DNA from: an uncultured delta proteobacterium
GTDB lineage: Bacteria > Myxococcota_A > Polyangia > Haliangiales > Haliangiaceae
NCBI GenBank assembly: GCA_963848295.1
Contig: CAWKDB010000010.1
Span: 2,496,001 to 2,560,000, forward strand
Length of the DNA stretch: 64,000 nt
Direction of reading: 5' to 3'
Under the pieces are notes generated by a model. It was not told the DNA's origin. It was given only the letters and a program-made list of their open reading frames with translations, and ran no database searches. The position numbers and the translations under genes are program-made. This document shows, in pieces, positions 21,450-32,204 of the stretch. How positions within the stretch are numbered: position 1 is the stretch's first letter; every line of letters starts with the position of its first letter.

Positions 21450-22703
21450 ATGCTGTCTCGCGCACTCGCGATCGCAGTGAGTGCCGCCGCGTGTGGCTCG
21501 CGTCCACCGCCGGTGGACGAGCCGGCTCCGAGCCCGAGCACCGATCCGATCGCGCACACCGGCGAAGGTGGCTTGAGCCCGGACCTGATCGCGGCGGTCG
21601 GCGACGGCAAGCTGGTGATCGAGCCGGTGGCGTCGCTTCGCCTGACCGCCGCCGAGCAGCTCGTCGCACAACAACGGATCGCCGCGTGGGCGCGGGCGAG
21701 TGGCCTGACGATCCTGCCGCCCGCCACGGTCGAAGCCGCGATCGCTCGCGCCGCCGCGGGCCTCGATGCCGAGACGGGCAAGGCGTGCGGCCCGCCGATC
21801 GATCGCAGCTACGCGATGGACCGCTGGATCAAGCCGATGGGTGCGGCGGGCACGATCACGGCGCGGATCGACTGCGCCGCCGAGTGCACGATCCAGCTCG
21901 AGATCGAGATGTTCGGCAAGGGCACCGAGTTTTACTCGGCGGCGTTCGATCCGAGCCAACCGTGGCGCGCCGAGCTCGAACGCCGCTTGCCGCAGGTCAT
22001 CGACAACGGCGGACACGAGCGCTTCGGTCACGCGAACAATCCGATCTCGATCCCGGGCGTCGTGCGCAAACCCGGCTCGAGCGACTGGTACCTCGAGGGT
22101 GACGTCAACCCGATCGCGGTAGCCGAGGCCGACCGCCAAGCGTGTGGCATGGCCGATCGCCTCGTCGCCCTGATGCTCGTGCGCGATCCGACCGGCGCGA
22201 CGCGGTGCGAGCCCGCGACGATGCCCGGGCTCATCACCGAATACTCGGCGAAGGTCAACGCTTGTATGTGCGCACTCTCGCTCGAGACCGAGCATCCAAC
22301 GATCGAGCGCAGCTACGTCGAGTATGCGGCGGTGATCGGACCCGCGGCGAGCGTGAAGACCCGCAACGGCAAGGACATCTCCGCGACCCTCATCGGCGGC
22401 AACGAAGATCGGCCCGACGGCACCGCCCCGTGGTTCTTGCGCGACAACGACTCGATCGCGCACTGCTTCGTCGCGCGCACCGAAGACATCGAGACCGAGA
22501 TCGCCGCCACGCTCGAGCTCGACGCGAACGGCGCGGTCGCCAAGACGATCATCGGCGACCCGAGCGGCGTGCTCACCGCCGACGAGCGCGCGTGCATCAC
22601 GAAGAAGTTGGTGACGATCCAGTCGCCATGCCCTGCGGGCCCACCGCGACACGGCGAGGTTCGGATCGCGTTGGCGATCCACGCGCCGGACGACGCGAAG
22701 TAG
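21450..22703 (+). CDS. Cys-rich lipoprotein with C-terminal TonB_C/AgmX-like domain
   Basis: Lipobox AAAC; IAHCF..ATLELDANGAV..ERACI pattern. Confidence 0.6.
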   Translation: MLSRALAIAVSAAACGSRPPPVDEPAPSPSTDPIAHTGEGGLSPDLIAAVGDGKLVIEPVASLRLTAAEQLVAQQRIAAWARASGLTILPPATVEAAIARAAAGLDAETGKACGPPIDRSYAMDRWIKPMGAAGTITARIDCAAECTIQLEIEMFGKGTEFYSAAFDPSQPWRAELERRLPQVIDNGGHERFGHANNPISIPGVVRKPGSSDWYLEGDVNPIAVAEADRQACGMADRLVALMLVRDPTGATRCEPATMPGLITEYSAKVNACMCALSLETEHPTIERSYVEYAAVIGPAASVKTRNGKDISATLIGGNEDRPDGTAPWFLRDNDSIAHCFVARTEDIETEIAATLELDANGAVAKTIIGDPSGVLTADERACITKKLVTIQSPCPAGPPRHGEVRIALAIHAPDDAK

Positions 22704-22794
22704 CGGGGCCGTCCCGTAAACGGGGGGCCCTCCGCCCGAGGTCTCGGCCGTCCTCGCTGCGCCGGACAGTCGATCGATCGGTCGGCGTCGGGGC

Positions 22795-22837
22795 AAAATA
22801 AAACCGCCGATGCGCGGGTTGAGGCGCGCATCGGCGG
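22795..22837 (-). terminator. Rho-independent terminator
   Basis: Perfect 13-bp stem (22804-22816 / 22825-22837) followed by TTTTATTTT on the minus strand. Confidence 0.85.
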
Positions 22838-22918
22838 GACCCGCACACGTCGTGCGGGGGTCTTGTGGCGGCCGGCTCGCGCGGGTGGATGAGAGTCGCG
22901 GCTGCCGTTATGAGCGTT

Positions 22919-23149
22919 CTATGACTTCGAGGACTCGAGCCACTTGTCGAGCTTGAGCCGGACGGTGTCGTTCACTCTGTCCCAACCATCTTTGAGATGA
23001 ACCTCGAGCTCGTCGAGCTTCGCCTTCATCTTGGCGCGCGCGGCGATCGCATCCTTGCGCGCATCGGCCTTTGCACGATCGTAGGCGACGAGCAGCTCGT
23101 GCTTCCTCACTTCGACCCGATCTCGCAGCTCGTCGCTCGCGTTCATCAT
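22919..23149 (-). CDS. Small helical hypothetical protein
   Basis: 76 aa (KAKLDELEVHLKDGWDRV); bounded by a sigma54 motif and a terminator. Confidence 0.7.
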   Translation of the reverse strand: MMNASDELRDRVEVRKHELLVAYDRAKADARKDAIAARAKMKAKLDELEVHLKDGWDRVNDTVRLKLDKWLESSKS

Positions 23150-23162
23150 GATCGAGGGACTC

Positions 23163-23178
23163 TGCATCCTCGATACCA
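23163..23178 (-). promoter_or_regulatory. sigma54 promoter
   Basis: TGGTATCGAGGATGCA on the minus strand; ATG 15 nt after the -12 C. Confidence 0.6.
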
Positions 23179-23273
23179 TCTTGAAATCACAAGGATCGTC
23201 GCGCGGCTCCGCCACAGCGAGCGCATCCGCACAGGTGGGAGTAGGGTCAGCTCAATGTTTTCGAGGGCTTTTC

Positions 23274-23289
23274 TGGCACCTCGACTGCA
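23274..23289 (+). promoter_or_regulatory. sigma54 promoter
   Basis: TGGCACCTCGACTGCA. Confidence 0.6.
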
Positions 23290-23414
23290 CAGGAAGCACG
23301 CGTGCGTTTATCCATCGAGCTCGATCAGCGGCGGACGCGCACGGTGCGCGTGGGCTCGTTGTCATGTGGGCTCGATCGCGACTCGCTCGCTCCGGTACGA
23401 GCGCTAGCGAGCCG

Positions 23415-23430
23415 TGGCACATCGAGTGCA
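23415..23430 (+). promoter_or_regulatory. sigma54 promoter (DUF1328-ntrC-like operon)
   Basis: TGGCACATCGAGTGCA, then AAGGAG and ATG 23462. Confidence 0.7.
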
Positions 23431-23461
23431 CTGCTCCTCTGCATCAGCAAAGGAGTCGATC

Positions 23462-23629
23462 ATGTTCTCATGGGCCATCGCATTTTTTGTCATCGCTCTC
23501 GTGTCCGCGTTCTTCGGGTTCTTCGGACTCGCGGCAAGCGCGGCAGGCATCGCGAAGGTCATCTTCGTGGTGGCACTCATCATGGCGATCATCAGCTTCA
23601 TCGCTGGTCGTCGTCCTCCGGCAGTCTAA
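23462..23629 (+). CDS. DUF1328 / UPF0391 (YtjA-like) small membrane protein
   Basis: MFSWAIAFFVIALVSAFFGFFGLAASAAGIAKVIF signature. Confidence 0.92.
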   Translation: MFSWAIAFFVIALVSAFFGFFGLAASAAGIAKVIFVVALIMAIISFIAGRRPPAV

Positions 23630-23648
23630 TCTAACAGGGAGATGCGCG

Positions 23649-25088
<1,440 letters not shown>

Positions 25089-25099
25089 CCGAGAGCTTG

Positions 25100-26197
25100 A
25101 TGGCCAAAGCGATCCAGTTGTTGGTGGTCGACCGCAACGCGAGCTCGCGCGCGGCGTTGCGGCGTGCTCTCGACGACAGCGGCATCGCGGCAACGACCGA
25201 TGAAGCAGACGACCCGGCGATCGCGTTCGCGCGCACGCAGCAAGCGCCGTACGACTGCATCCTCGTCGACCAGGAGGTGCCGGGGATCGACTTCGTCGAG
25301 CGCTTGCGCGCCGCGGGAAGCCGCACGCCGATCGTGTTCGTCGTCGGTCATCGCGACGAGGACACTCTGCAAGCCGCGGTCGTAGCCGGCGTCACCGACT
25401 TCGTGCTCAAGCAGGACCTCTCCCCGCGTCGGCTGCGGCTGCGGATCGGGTTCGCGATTCGCACCGGGTTCGCCGAGGCCGAAGCGAGCCGTTCGCTCGC
25501 CGCTGCGAACGTCGCCGCACGAGCGCGCGACGAGGTGCTCGCGGTCGTGTCGCACGACCTGCGCGGGCCCTTGCACGCGATCGGGCTCGCGGTCGAGGCG
25601 CTGCGAGACGAGGTCACGCCGGCGGGAATCCGCCTCCTCGGTGCCATCGAGCGGTCCGCCGAGCGCGCCGAGCGCCTGATCGCCGACTTGCTGGAAGCGA
25701 GCGCGATCGAGAACGGTGCGCTCACGCTCACGCGCTCACCCGTCGACGCTCGATCGATCGTGCGGCAAGCCGCCGCGGACCACGAGCTCCTCGCGAAGGA
25801 GAGTGGCGGTCGGATCCTGGCCCACGTCCCCGACGAGCCGATCGTCGTCGCCGCCGACCGCGATCGCGTGTTGCAGGTGCTCGGCAACTTGATCGGCAAC
25901 GCACTCAAGCATGCGCGCGGTAGCCCGATCGATCTGTCGGTCGCGAGCGACCGCGGCGAGGCGCGGATCTCGGTGCGCGACGGAGGTCCCGGCATCGGCG
26001 AGCAAGAGCTGCCGTTCGTGTTCGATCGCTACTGGCACGGCCGCACGCGCAAAGCTGGGGCTGGCCTCGGGCTCGCGATCGCGAAGGGCATCGTCGACGC
26101 GCACGGTGGCCGGCTCTCGGTCGCGAGTCGCACCGGCGAAGGCACCGAGTTCACGTTCACCTTGCCCGTGTCCGGAACCGCTCGAGCCGGTCCTTGA
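25100..26197 (+). CDS. Hybrid REC-histidine kinase (cytoplasmic)
   Basis: N-terminal REC-like domain, VSHDLRGPL, NLIGNALKH, DGGPGI, GAGLGL; ATG at or next to 25100. Confidence 0.9.
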   Translation: MAKAIQLLVVDRNASSRAALRRALDDSGIAATTDEADDPAIAFARTQQAPYDCILVDQEVPGIDFVERLRAAGSRTPIVFVVGHRDEDTLQAAVVAGVTDFVLKQDLSPRRLRLRIGFAIRTGFAEAEASRSLAAANVAARARDEVLAVVSHDLRGPLHAIGLAVEALRDEVTPAGIRLLGAIERSAERAERLIADLLEASAIENGALTLTRSPVDARSIVRQAAADHELLAKESGGRILAHVPDEPIVVAADRDRVLQVLGNLIGNALKHARGSPIDLSVASDRGEARISVRDGGPGIGEQELPFVFDRYWHGRTRKAGAGLGLAIAKGIVDAHGGRLSVASRTGEGTEFTFTLPVSGTARAGP

Positions 26198-27023
26198 CCT
26201 CGACCGCGGTCGGCCGGCGCTCCGGCCGTTTCTCGAGCATTCGCTCGACGAGCTCGATCACCCCGATCGGCACGTAGGGACAGCGCGGCGCCAGCGCCGG
26301 CACCGGGTCGTTGATGTGCTTGACGAGGATCTCGACCGGCCCGTCGCCGAGGAACGGCGCGCGCCGCGCCAAGCCTTGATAGGCGATGACCCCGAGCGCA
26401 TAGATGTCGCTCAGCGGGTCGTCGCAATGAACGCCGCGCGCGTGCTCGGGTGCCATGTACGTGGGTGTCCCGATGACCTCGTCGGCATTCGTGTAGCGCG
26501 CGCCATCGCGCGGGCGCGCGATGCCCCAGTCGACGACGTGGACCCCATCGGGCGCGAGCACGATATTGTCGGGCTTGACGTCGCGATGCACGATCTCGTG
26601 CGAGTGCGCCGCGGCGAGGACATCGGCGACCTCCGAGATCGTCGCGATGATCTCCTCGGGCATCAGCGGCGGTCCTTGGTAGCGCGTCGTCAGCGACGGG
26701 CCGGAGATCAACTCCATCGCGATCCACGGACGATGATCCGCGAGGATCCCGCAATCGAAGAACTGAGGGACCCCAGCGTGCGACACCATCGCCAGGATCC
26801 GCGCTTCGCGCACCATGCGCGCGGCCGATTGCTCGTTCATGAGTTGTTCGGCTCGCAGGATCTTCACCGCGGCGACGCGATCGTCGTCGACATGATGCGC
26901 CCGATAAACCCAACCCATGCCGCCGCTGCCGAGCAACGCGGCCAGGCGATACGGGCCGACGAGCGCACCGAGATCGGGCGCCTGCGCCGCAGCGAGCGCG
27001 TGTGCGTACCCCTCAGGAACCAT
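26157..27023 (-). CDS. Soluble Ser/Thr protein kinase
   Basis: GSGGMG, AAVK, HRDVKPDN, DWG, GTPTYMAPE. Confidence 0.9.
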   Translation of the reverse strand: MVPEGYAHALAAAQAPDLGALVGPYRLAALLGSGGMGWVYRAHHVDDDRVAAVKILRAEQLMNEQSAARMVREARILAMVSHAGVPQFFDCGILADHRPWIAMELISGPSLTTRYQGPPLMPEEIIATISEVADVLAAAHSHEIVHRDVKPDNIVLAPDGVHVVDWGIARPRDGARYTNADEVIGTPTYMAPEHARGVHCDDPLSDIYALGVIAYQGLARRAPFLGDGPVEILVKHINDPVPALAPRCPYVPIGVIELVERMLEKRPERRPTAVEVKDRLERFRTRAR

Positions 27024-27040
27024 GGCTGCCGGATCTAGAC

Positions 27041-27056
27041 AGCACACGACGTGCCA
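27041..27056 (-). promoter_or_regulatory. sigma54 promoter
   Basis: TGGCACGTCGTGTGCT on the minus strand. Confidence 0.65.
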
Positions 27057-27072
27057 TCGCGCGGCTGGCGGC

Positions 27073-27088
27073 CGGCCCGACGCGTGCA
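27073..27088 (+). promoter_or_regulatory. sigma54 promoter (weaker match)
   Basis: CGGCCCGACGCGTGCA; ATG 15 nt after the -12 C. Confidence 0.45.
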
Positions 27089-27101
27089 CTGTCGGTCGGA
27101 C

Positions 27102-28223
27102 ATGTTCGGACTAGATCTCTACGAAATCACGACCCAGTCGATGGTTGGTCCGTATCGCATCATCAAGGAGCTCGGACGCGGCGGAATGGCAACGGTCTAC
27201 GAGGCACACCATGTCATGTTGCCTCGGCGCGCCGCGCTCAAGGTCATGCATGCGGAGCTGAGGCATCAACCCGGCAACGCGACGCGCCTCGTCCAGGAAG
27301 CCGCGATCCTCGAGGAGGTTCGTCATCCCGGCATCGTCCAGGTCTATGACTGTGGGCTGTTGCCCGACCGTCGCCCATGGGTCGCGATGGAGCTCATCGC
27401 CGCCGAGTCCTTGGGTGCAAGGATCGCGCGTGAGGGCTCGTTGTCGCCGCGCGCTGTCGCTACTCTGCTCGCCAACGTCGCGGAGGTGCTCGCGCCGGTG
27501 CACGCGCGCGGGATCATTCACCGCGACCTCAAGCCCGACAACATCTTGATGCTCGATCAACCCGACGGCTTTCCGATCCGGCTGATCGATTGGGGCGTCG
27601 CGAAGCTGCGCTCGTTCACGCGTCTGACGCTCGATGGCATGACCCCGGGAACGCCGGTGTACATGGCGCCGGAGCAAGCGGCCGGACGCGAGCTCGGCTC
27701 GTCGTGCGACATCTACGGGCTAGGCGTCGTCGCCTACGAAGCGCTGACCGGTCAGCCGCCGTTCGACGGACGCTCGCTCGCCGAGGTCGTGTGCTTGCAC
27801 CTGACGCGCGCTCCGGCGCCGCTGCGCGAGCAGTGTCTCGCTCCCGCGTCGCTCTGCGGCCTCGTCCATCGCATGCTCGACAAGAATCCGGCGCGTCGCC
27901 CGACCGCGACCGAGGTGCTGCGACTCGCTCGCGAGCTCGCGGACGAGCTTGCCCAGCCTGCCGACGAGGTCGAGCCATGCGAGGTCGTCGAGATCGATGT
28001 CGACGACTTCGGCGCGCTCTGCGACGACGATGAGGAGTACGTCGTCGAGGTCACGCCGACGACGTCGCTCGGGATGACGCCGATCCTGCGAGCACCGCGA
28101 TGGACTCCCGAGGTCGCGTTCACTGCGGTGAGCCCAGGGCCGACCGCGCGCCTCCGCCCGATCACGCCGCGCGGCGCACGCGATCAGGTCTCGGGTGAGA
28201 TCACGTCGCGGCATCGTTCGTGA
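27102..28223 (+). CDS. Soluble Ser/Thr protein kinase with acidic tail
   Basis: GRGGMA, AALK, HRDLKPDN, DWG, GTPVYMAPE. Confidence 0.9.
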   Translation: MFGLDLYEITTQSMVGPYRIIKELGRGGMATVYEAHHVMLPRRAALKVMHAELRHQPGNATRLVQEAAILEEVRHPGIVQVYDCGLLPDRRPWVAMELIAAESLGARIAREGSLSPRAVATLLANVAEVLAPVHARGIIHRDLKPDNILMLDQPDGFPIRLIDWGVAKLRSFTRLTLDGMTPGTPVYMAPEQAAGRELGSSCDIYGLGVVAYEALTGQPPFDGRSLAEVVCLHLTRAPAPLREQCLAPASLCGLVHRMLDKNPARRPTATEVLRLARELADELAQPADEVEPCEVVEIDVDDFGALCDDDEEYVVEVTPTTSLGMTPILRAPRWTPEVAFTAVSPGPTARLRPITPRGARDQVSGEITSRHRS

Positions 28224-28230
28224 CACCGCG

Positions 28231-28246
28231 CGGCATGCGCATTGCT
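28231..28246 (+). promoter_or_regulatory. sigma54 promoter
   Basis: CGGCATGCGCATTGCT, then AGGAG and ATG 28273. Confidence 0.65.
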
Positions 28247-28272
28247 AGAGATGAGTCGTAAGGAGACTCGTC

Positions 28273-28539
28273 ATGGCCACTGCGAAGAACAATCATAGGG
28301 CGGCGGACTTCGACGCTCGGCTCGATGATCTCAAATCGAGCCTGCGCGGTCTCGTCGATTTCGGCACGGAGCGCGCCGGCGCGTTGAAGCACAAGATCAC
28401 CGATGCCGGCGGTTCGGTCAGCTCGGGCGCGAGTGCGGCGATCGGCCGCCTCCGCGGTGTGATCGCGGCGCACCCGTTCGCTGCGGTCGGTGCCGCGTTC
28501 GGCATCGGCTACATCGCGATGCGCATCGTTCGCCGTTAG
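28273..28539 (+). CDS. DUF883/ElaB/YqjD-like tail-anchored protein
   Basis: C-terminal HPFAAVGAAFGIGY..RR. Confidence 0.75.
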   Translation: MATAKNNHRAADFDARLDDLKSSLRGLVDFGTERAGALKHKITDAGGSVSSGASAAIGRLRGVIAAHPFAAVGAAFGIGYIAMRIVRR

Positions 28540-28544
28540 GACCG

Positions 28545-29270
28545 CTAGCGCCGCTTGCCGATCATGTAGCAACGGCGCGTCGGGAGCTCGTTCGCATTGA
28601 GCGGCTCGCGGACGAGCGCGGCCATCACCTCGAAGTTCGCCCGCGTCATCTCTTCGGCCGCGTCATCGATGCCGATGAAGTGGACGTCGAGATCGACCTT
28701 GTAACCGAACCATTTGTCGAGGTGATAGGCGCTGCCCGGCGGCAGATCCTGCGCGGATACGTAGAACCCGTGCATCACGAAGCCGCCCGGGCGCACCACG
28801 CGGGCGAGCTCGCGATAGGCACGCGCTCGTTCCTCGGCGGTACAGTGCAGCGTCGCGTACAGCGAGATCGCGCCGGCCCACAACCCGGTGGTCATCGGCA
28901 GCTCGAACATCGATCCGAGCTGGAACTTGCCTTCGGGAAAGCGCAGCTTCGCCTGCGCGATCATCGCCGCCGACAAGTCGATTCCGGTCACCGCCATCCC
29001 GAGCGACGCGAGGTGCTTCGCGATGTGGCCCGGCCCGCAGCCGACATCGCCGACCGGTCCATCGCCGGCGCCGCGCACGAGCTCGGCGAACGCTTGGAAC
29101 ATCCCGCGTTCGAACGGACGCGCGACCATGTCGTCGGCGAGGTCGCGCGAGTACATCTCGGCGACGACGTCGTAGGTCGTGCGGATCTTGTCGATGCTGC
29201 GCCAGTCCGAGACGTGCGTCTCGTCGTCCGCGACGTCCGTGTCGCCGTCGACGATCGTCGTCTGGCTCAT
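28545..29270 (-). CDS. Class I SAM-dependent methyltransferase
   Basis: DVGCGPGH, GIDLSAAM, RVVRPGG. Confidence 0.9.
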   Translation of the reverse strand: MSQTTIVDGDTDVADDETHVSDWRSIDKIRTTYDVVAEMYSRDLADDMVARPFERGMFQAFAELVRGAGDGPVGDVGCGPGHIAKHLASLGMAVTGIDLSAAMIAQAKLRFPEGKFQLGSMFELPMTTGLWAGAISLYATLHCTAEERARAYRELARVVRPGGFVMHGFYVSAQDLPPGSAYHLDKWFGYKVDLDVHFIGIDDAAEEMTRANFEVMAALVREPLNANELPTRRCYMIGKRR

Positions 29271-29341
29271 CCGACCTTCCACCGTGTGATGCTTCACGCG
29301 TGAAATGTGGCACGAAACGGATGAGGCGATGCGCCACGCCA

Positions 29342-29357
29342 CGGCGCTATGATTGCA
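29342..29357 (+). promoter_or_regulatory. sigma54 promoter
   Basis: CGGCGCTATGATTGCA. Confidence 0.5.
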
Positions 29358-29376
29358 GCGAAGGCGTTACATCGCG

Positions 29377-30033
29377 ATGCCCCCAGAGCACGTCACGTCG
29401 TTTCGAACGAGCTACCTCGCGGACGAAGTGGGCCCTAACTACAACGGGTGGCTGCACTTCGCGGTGACCACGATCGGGTCGCTCGCCGCGGTCGGTTTCG
29501 CGATCTCGCGCGTCCGCTCGCCGTCGTGGGCCGAGCTCGCGGCCGTGCCGGTGTTCTTCCTGATCGCGAATCTCGCCGAATACTTCGGCCATCGCGGCCC
29601 GATGCATCATCGCCGCCCGGGCTTGATGGCGATCTTCGAGCGCCACACGCTGCAACATCATCAGTACTACACGCACGATGCGATGGCCGCCGACTCACCG
29701 CGCGACTTCAAGATGGTGCTGTTCCCGCCGATCATGCTCGCGTTCTTCCTCGGGTTGATGGCGGCGCCGATCGGGATCGTGCTGGGGCTGGTATTCTCGC
29801 CGAATCTCGGCTGGCTGTTCGTGGCGACCGGCGTCGGCTACTTCCTGACCTACGAGTGGCTGCACTTCTCGTATCACCAGCCGGTCGACAGCTGGATCGG
29901 CCGGCTCGCCCTCGTCCGCCGGCTGCGCCGCCACCACACGATCCACCACGACCTCGAGCGGATGGCGAAGACGAACTTCAACATCACGTTCCCGATCGCG
30001 GATACGGTGTTCGGCACGAATGCGCGCGACTAG
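29377..30033 (+). CDS. Fatty acid hydroxylase/sterol desaturase family protein
   Basis: His boxes HRGPMH, HTLQHH, EWLHFSYH, HHTIHH; NFNIT. Confidence 0.9.
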   Translation: MPPEHVTSFRTSYLADEVGPNYNGWLHFAVTTIGSLAAVGFAISRVRSPSWAELAAVPVFFLIANLAEYFGHRGPMHHRRPGLMAIFERHTLQHHQYYTHDAMAADSPRDFKMVLFPPIMLAFFLGLMAAPIGIVLGLVFSPNLGWLFVATGVGYFLTYEWLHFSYHQPVDSWIGRLALVRRLRRHHTIHHDLERMAKTNFNITFPIADTVFGTNARD

Positions 30034-31531
30034 CCTGGCCCCTGTGATCGCCATCGCGCTCGGCTGCGAGAAGCAGGAGCTGCCGCAGCCGCCGCCGCTG
30101 CCCCCGATCGCGATTCGTATCGGCGATTGCGCGAGCGCGAACGTCGCGTGGATCTCGGGCCCGCGACCGATGGCGTTCACGCTCGCGCAAGCCGAGGGCC
30201 ATTGGCCCGGCGCAGAGGTCGCCGCGCCGAGCACCGTGCCGGATCATCCGCCGCCACCTCCGCGCGCCGGTGGCAAGCACGACCATCGCATCGCGCTGTT
30301 CGAGGACAAGAATCGCAAGGTCCTCGACAAGCTCCTCAGCAGCGATCTCGACCTGGGGAAGCTCACCGCCGCCGGTGCGCTCGGCCCAGGCACCGGCGTC
30401 GGCACCGGCACTCTGCGCGGTCGCGGCGGCGCTGGCAGCGCCGTCGCTTTCGCCGACCTGCTCGCGGCGGACCCGCCCGAGCCCGGGTCGCTCGCCGGCG
30501 GTTACTGGTTCGGGGCCTCATCGCAAACCCCGTCCGTACGCAGTGGACTCGGCGAGGCGCTTGCGGATCGCCCCGGCTTATTTCGACCGCGCAACGCTGG
30601 TTTGCAAAGCCCCGCGCGCTACGTGCCAGGCGCCGCGAACCCGCTCGCCGCGCACGCCGCCGGGCTGGGCGATTGCCTGCACCGCAGCTCGGCGAGCTAT
30701 GGCGCGTTCATCGTCGAGCTCGCGTTCGATCCGACCGGTGCAGGCACGACCGCGAGGACGCTCGGGCTCGGCGACAAATCCGCGAGCTCCTGCGTGACCG
30801 AGCTCGCGAAGGCGATCCAGCGCCCCGCGAACGGCGGGCCGACCGAGCGCTGCTCCGTTGCGTTCGGCGCGATGCCGCTCGACGTCGCGCACCCGCTGAC
30901 GCTCGACGGACACGCGCTCGCGTTCGAACGCAAGCCGCTCGACTTCGATCAGTTGCGGACGACGCTCGAGACGCGCGTCGCAACCGCCGCGACGTTCGAG
31001 GCGGGCGTGGTCAACGGGCTGGCGCTGGAGCTATTCGGTCCGATCGTGCTCGAGCCGAACGATGCGACGCCGATGCAGTCGATCTATCGCGCGACGAACG
31101 CGATCCTCGACGCCGGAGATGACTTCGTGCTCGCGCGCCATGCCGCGACGTGGAAGCTGGTCGTGCCGCTCGAGCTCCCGGTCGTGCCCGTTCCATTCGG
31201 CACGGGTGCGCGCTGGAATCGGTTCAAGGCGTTGCCGCCGCCGGGCGCGAACGTCGGCGGCCGCACCGCCGTTGTCCTGACCGTGCAACCCCAGCAGATC
31301 ACGCTCGCGGTGGGCTCGAAGCAGACCGTGTTCGCGCGCGATGCGACGCTACACGACAAGCTCGCCGCCGCCTTGCGGGCGCTGAAAGCCAGCGACGAAT
31401 TCTCCGGCCGCGCCGATCTCGACCTCGCCGGCTCCGACGACGCGACCTATGCGGATCTGCTCACGCTCGTCGACCTGGCGACCGCCACCGGCTTCGTCGA
31501 CTGGCAACTCGTGCCGGCGCCAGCGAGCTGA
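30020..31531 (+). CDS. Lipoprotein with TonB_C-like and ExbD-like segments
   Basis: Lipobox ALGC; 'LAGSDDATYADLLTLVDLATATGF' resembles the ExbD periplasmic domain. Confidence 0.55.
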   Translation: MRATSLAPVIAIALGCEKQELPQPPPLPPIAIRIGDCASANVAWISGPRPMAFTLAQAEGHWPGAEVAAPSTVPDHPPPPPRAGGKHDHRIALFEDKNRKVLDKLLSSDLDLGKLTAAGALGPGTGVGTGTLRGRGGAGSAVAFADLLAADPPEPGSLAGGYWFGASSQTPSVRSGLGEALADRPGLFRPRNAGLQSPARYVPGAANPLAAHAAGLGDCLHRSSASYGAFIVELAFDPTGAGTTARTLGLGDKSASSCVTELAKAIQRPANGGPTERCSVAFGAMPLDVAHPLTLDGHALAFERKPLDFDQLRTTLETRVATAATFEAGVVNGLALELFGPIVLEPNDATPMQSIYRATNAILDAGDDFVLARHAATWKLVVPLELPVVPVPFGTGARWNRFKALPPPGANVGGRTAVVLTVQPQQITLAVGSKQTVFARDATLHDKLAAALRALKASDEFSGRADLDLAGSDDATYADLLTLVDLATATGFVDWQLVPAPAS

Positions 31532-32202
31532 TGATGCGTCACCTTGCCGTGTGCACGCTGGTGGCCGGGTGCACGACCTGGAGTGGCCCGAAGCCGAGGC
31601 TGTCGACCGTGACGCCGGATGCGATCTGCGACGCCCAAGCGAGCGTCACGCTCACGCTCGCGGGCACCGGCTTCTCGGTCGAAGTGCTCGGCGGCCTCGA
31701 CGAGCCAACCCCGGTCGTGCCGAGCGTGCTGCTGATCGATCCGCACGCGACCGCGACGGCGTTCGCCACCGTGCCCGACTCGACCGGCGACACGTTGACG
31801 ATCGCGGTGCAGGACCTGCCGCCCGCGACCTACGACGTCGAGGTCGTCGATCCGGACGCCGACGGCACCGCGAACCCCTCCGATCCGGCGACGACCTCGA
31901 CGCTCGCGGCGGCGCTCACGATCGACCCGCCTCCGAACGCGGTCTCGGTGATGCCATCTGCCGCGACCGCGAGCGCGACCACGACGATCGCGATCGCCGG
32001 CACCGCATTCTTGCCGGCGATGACCGCGACCCTCGACGCGGCCCCGCCGATCACCGCGACCGCAACGACCATCGCCAGCGACGCGACCTCGGCGACCGCG
32101 ACGTTCGATCTGACCGCCACCGCACCCGGCACCTATGCGCTCACCGTCGACAACCGCGACGGCTGCACGTCGACCGTGGCCGACGCGTTCCAGACCCTCT
32201 AG
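31531..32202 (+). CDS. Lipoprotein with two IPT/TIG-like Ig domains
   Basis: Lipobox VAGC; STVTP..TLAGTGF; SVMPS..IAGTAF..PGTYALTVDNRDG. Confidence 0.7.
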   Translation: MMRHLAVCTLVAGCTTWSGPKPRLSTVTPDAICDAQASVTLTLAGTGFSVEVLGGLDEPTPVVPSVLLIDPHATATAFATVPDSTGDTLTIAVQDLPPATYDVEVVDPDADGTANPSDPATTSTLAAALTIDPPPNAVSVMPSAATASATTTIAIAGTAFLPAMTATLDAAPPITATATTIASDATSATATFDLTATAPGTYALTVDNRDGCTSTVADAFQTL

Positions 32203-32204
32203 CC

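Noticed and set aside
29308..29323. TGGCACG as a sigma54 -24 box
   Set aside because: No GC at the -12 position.
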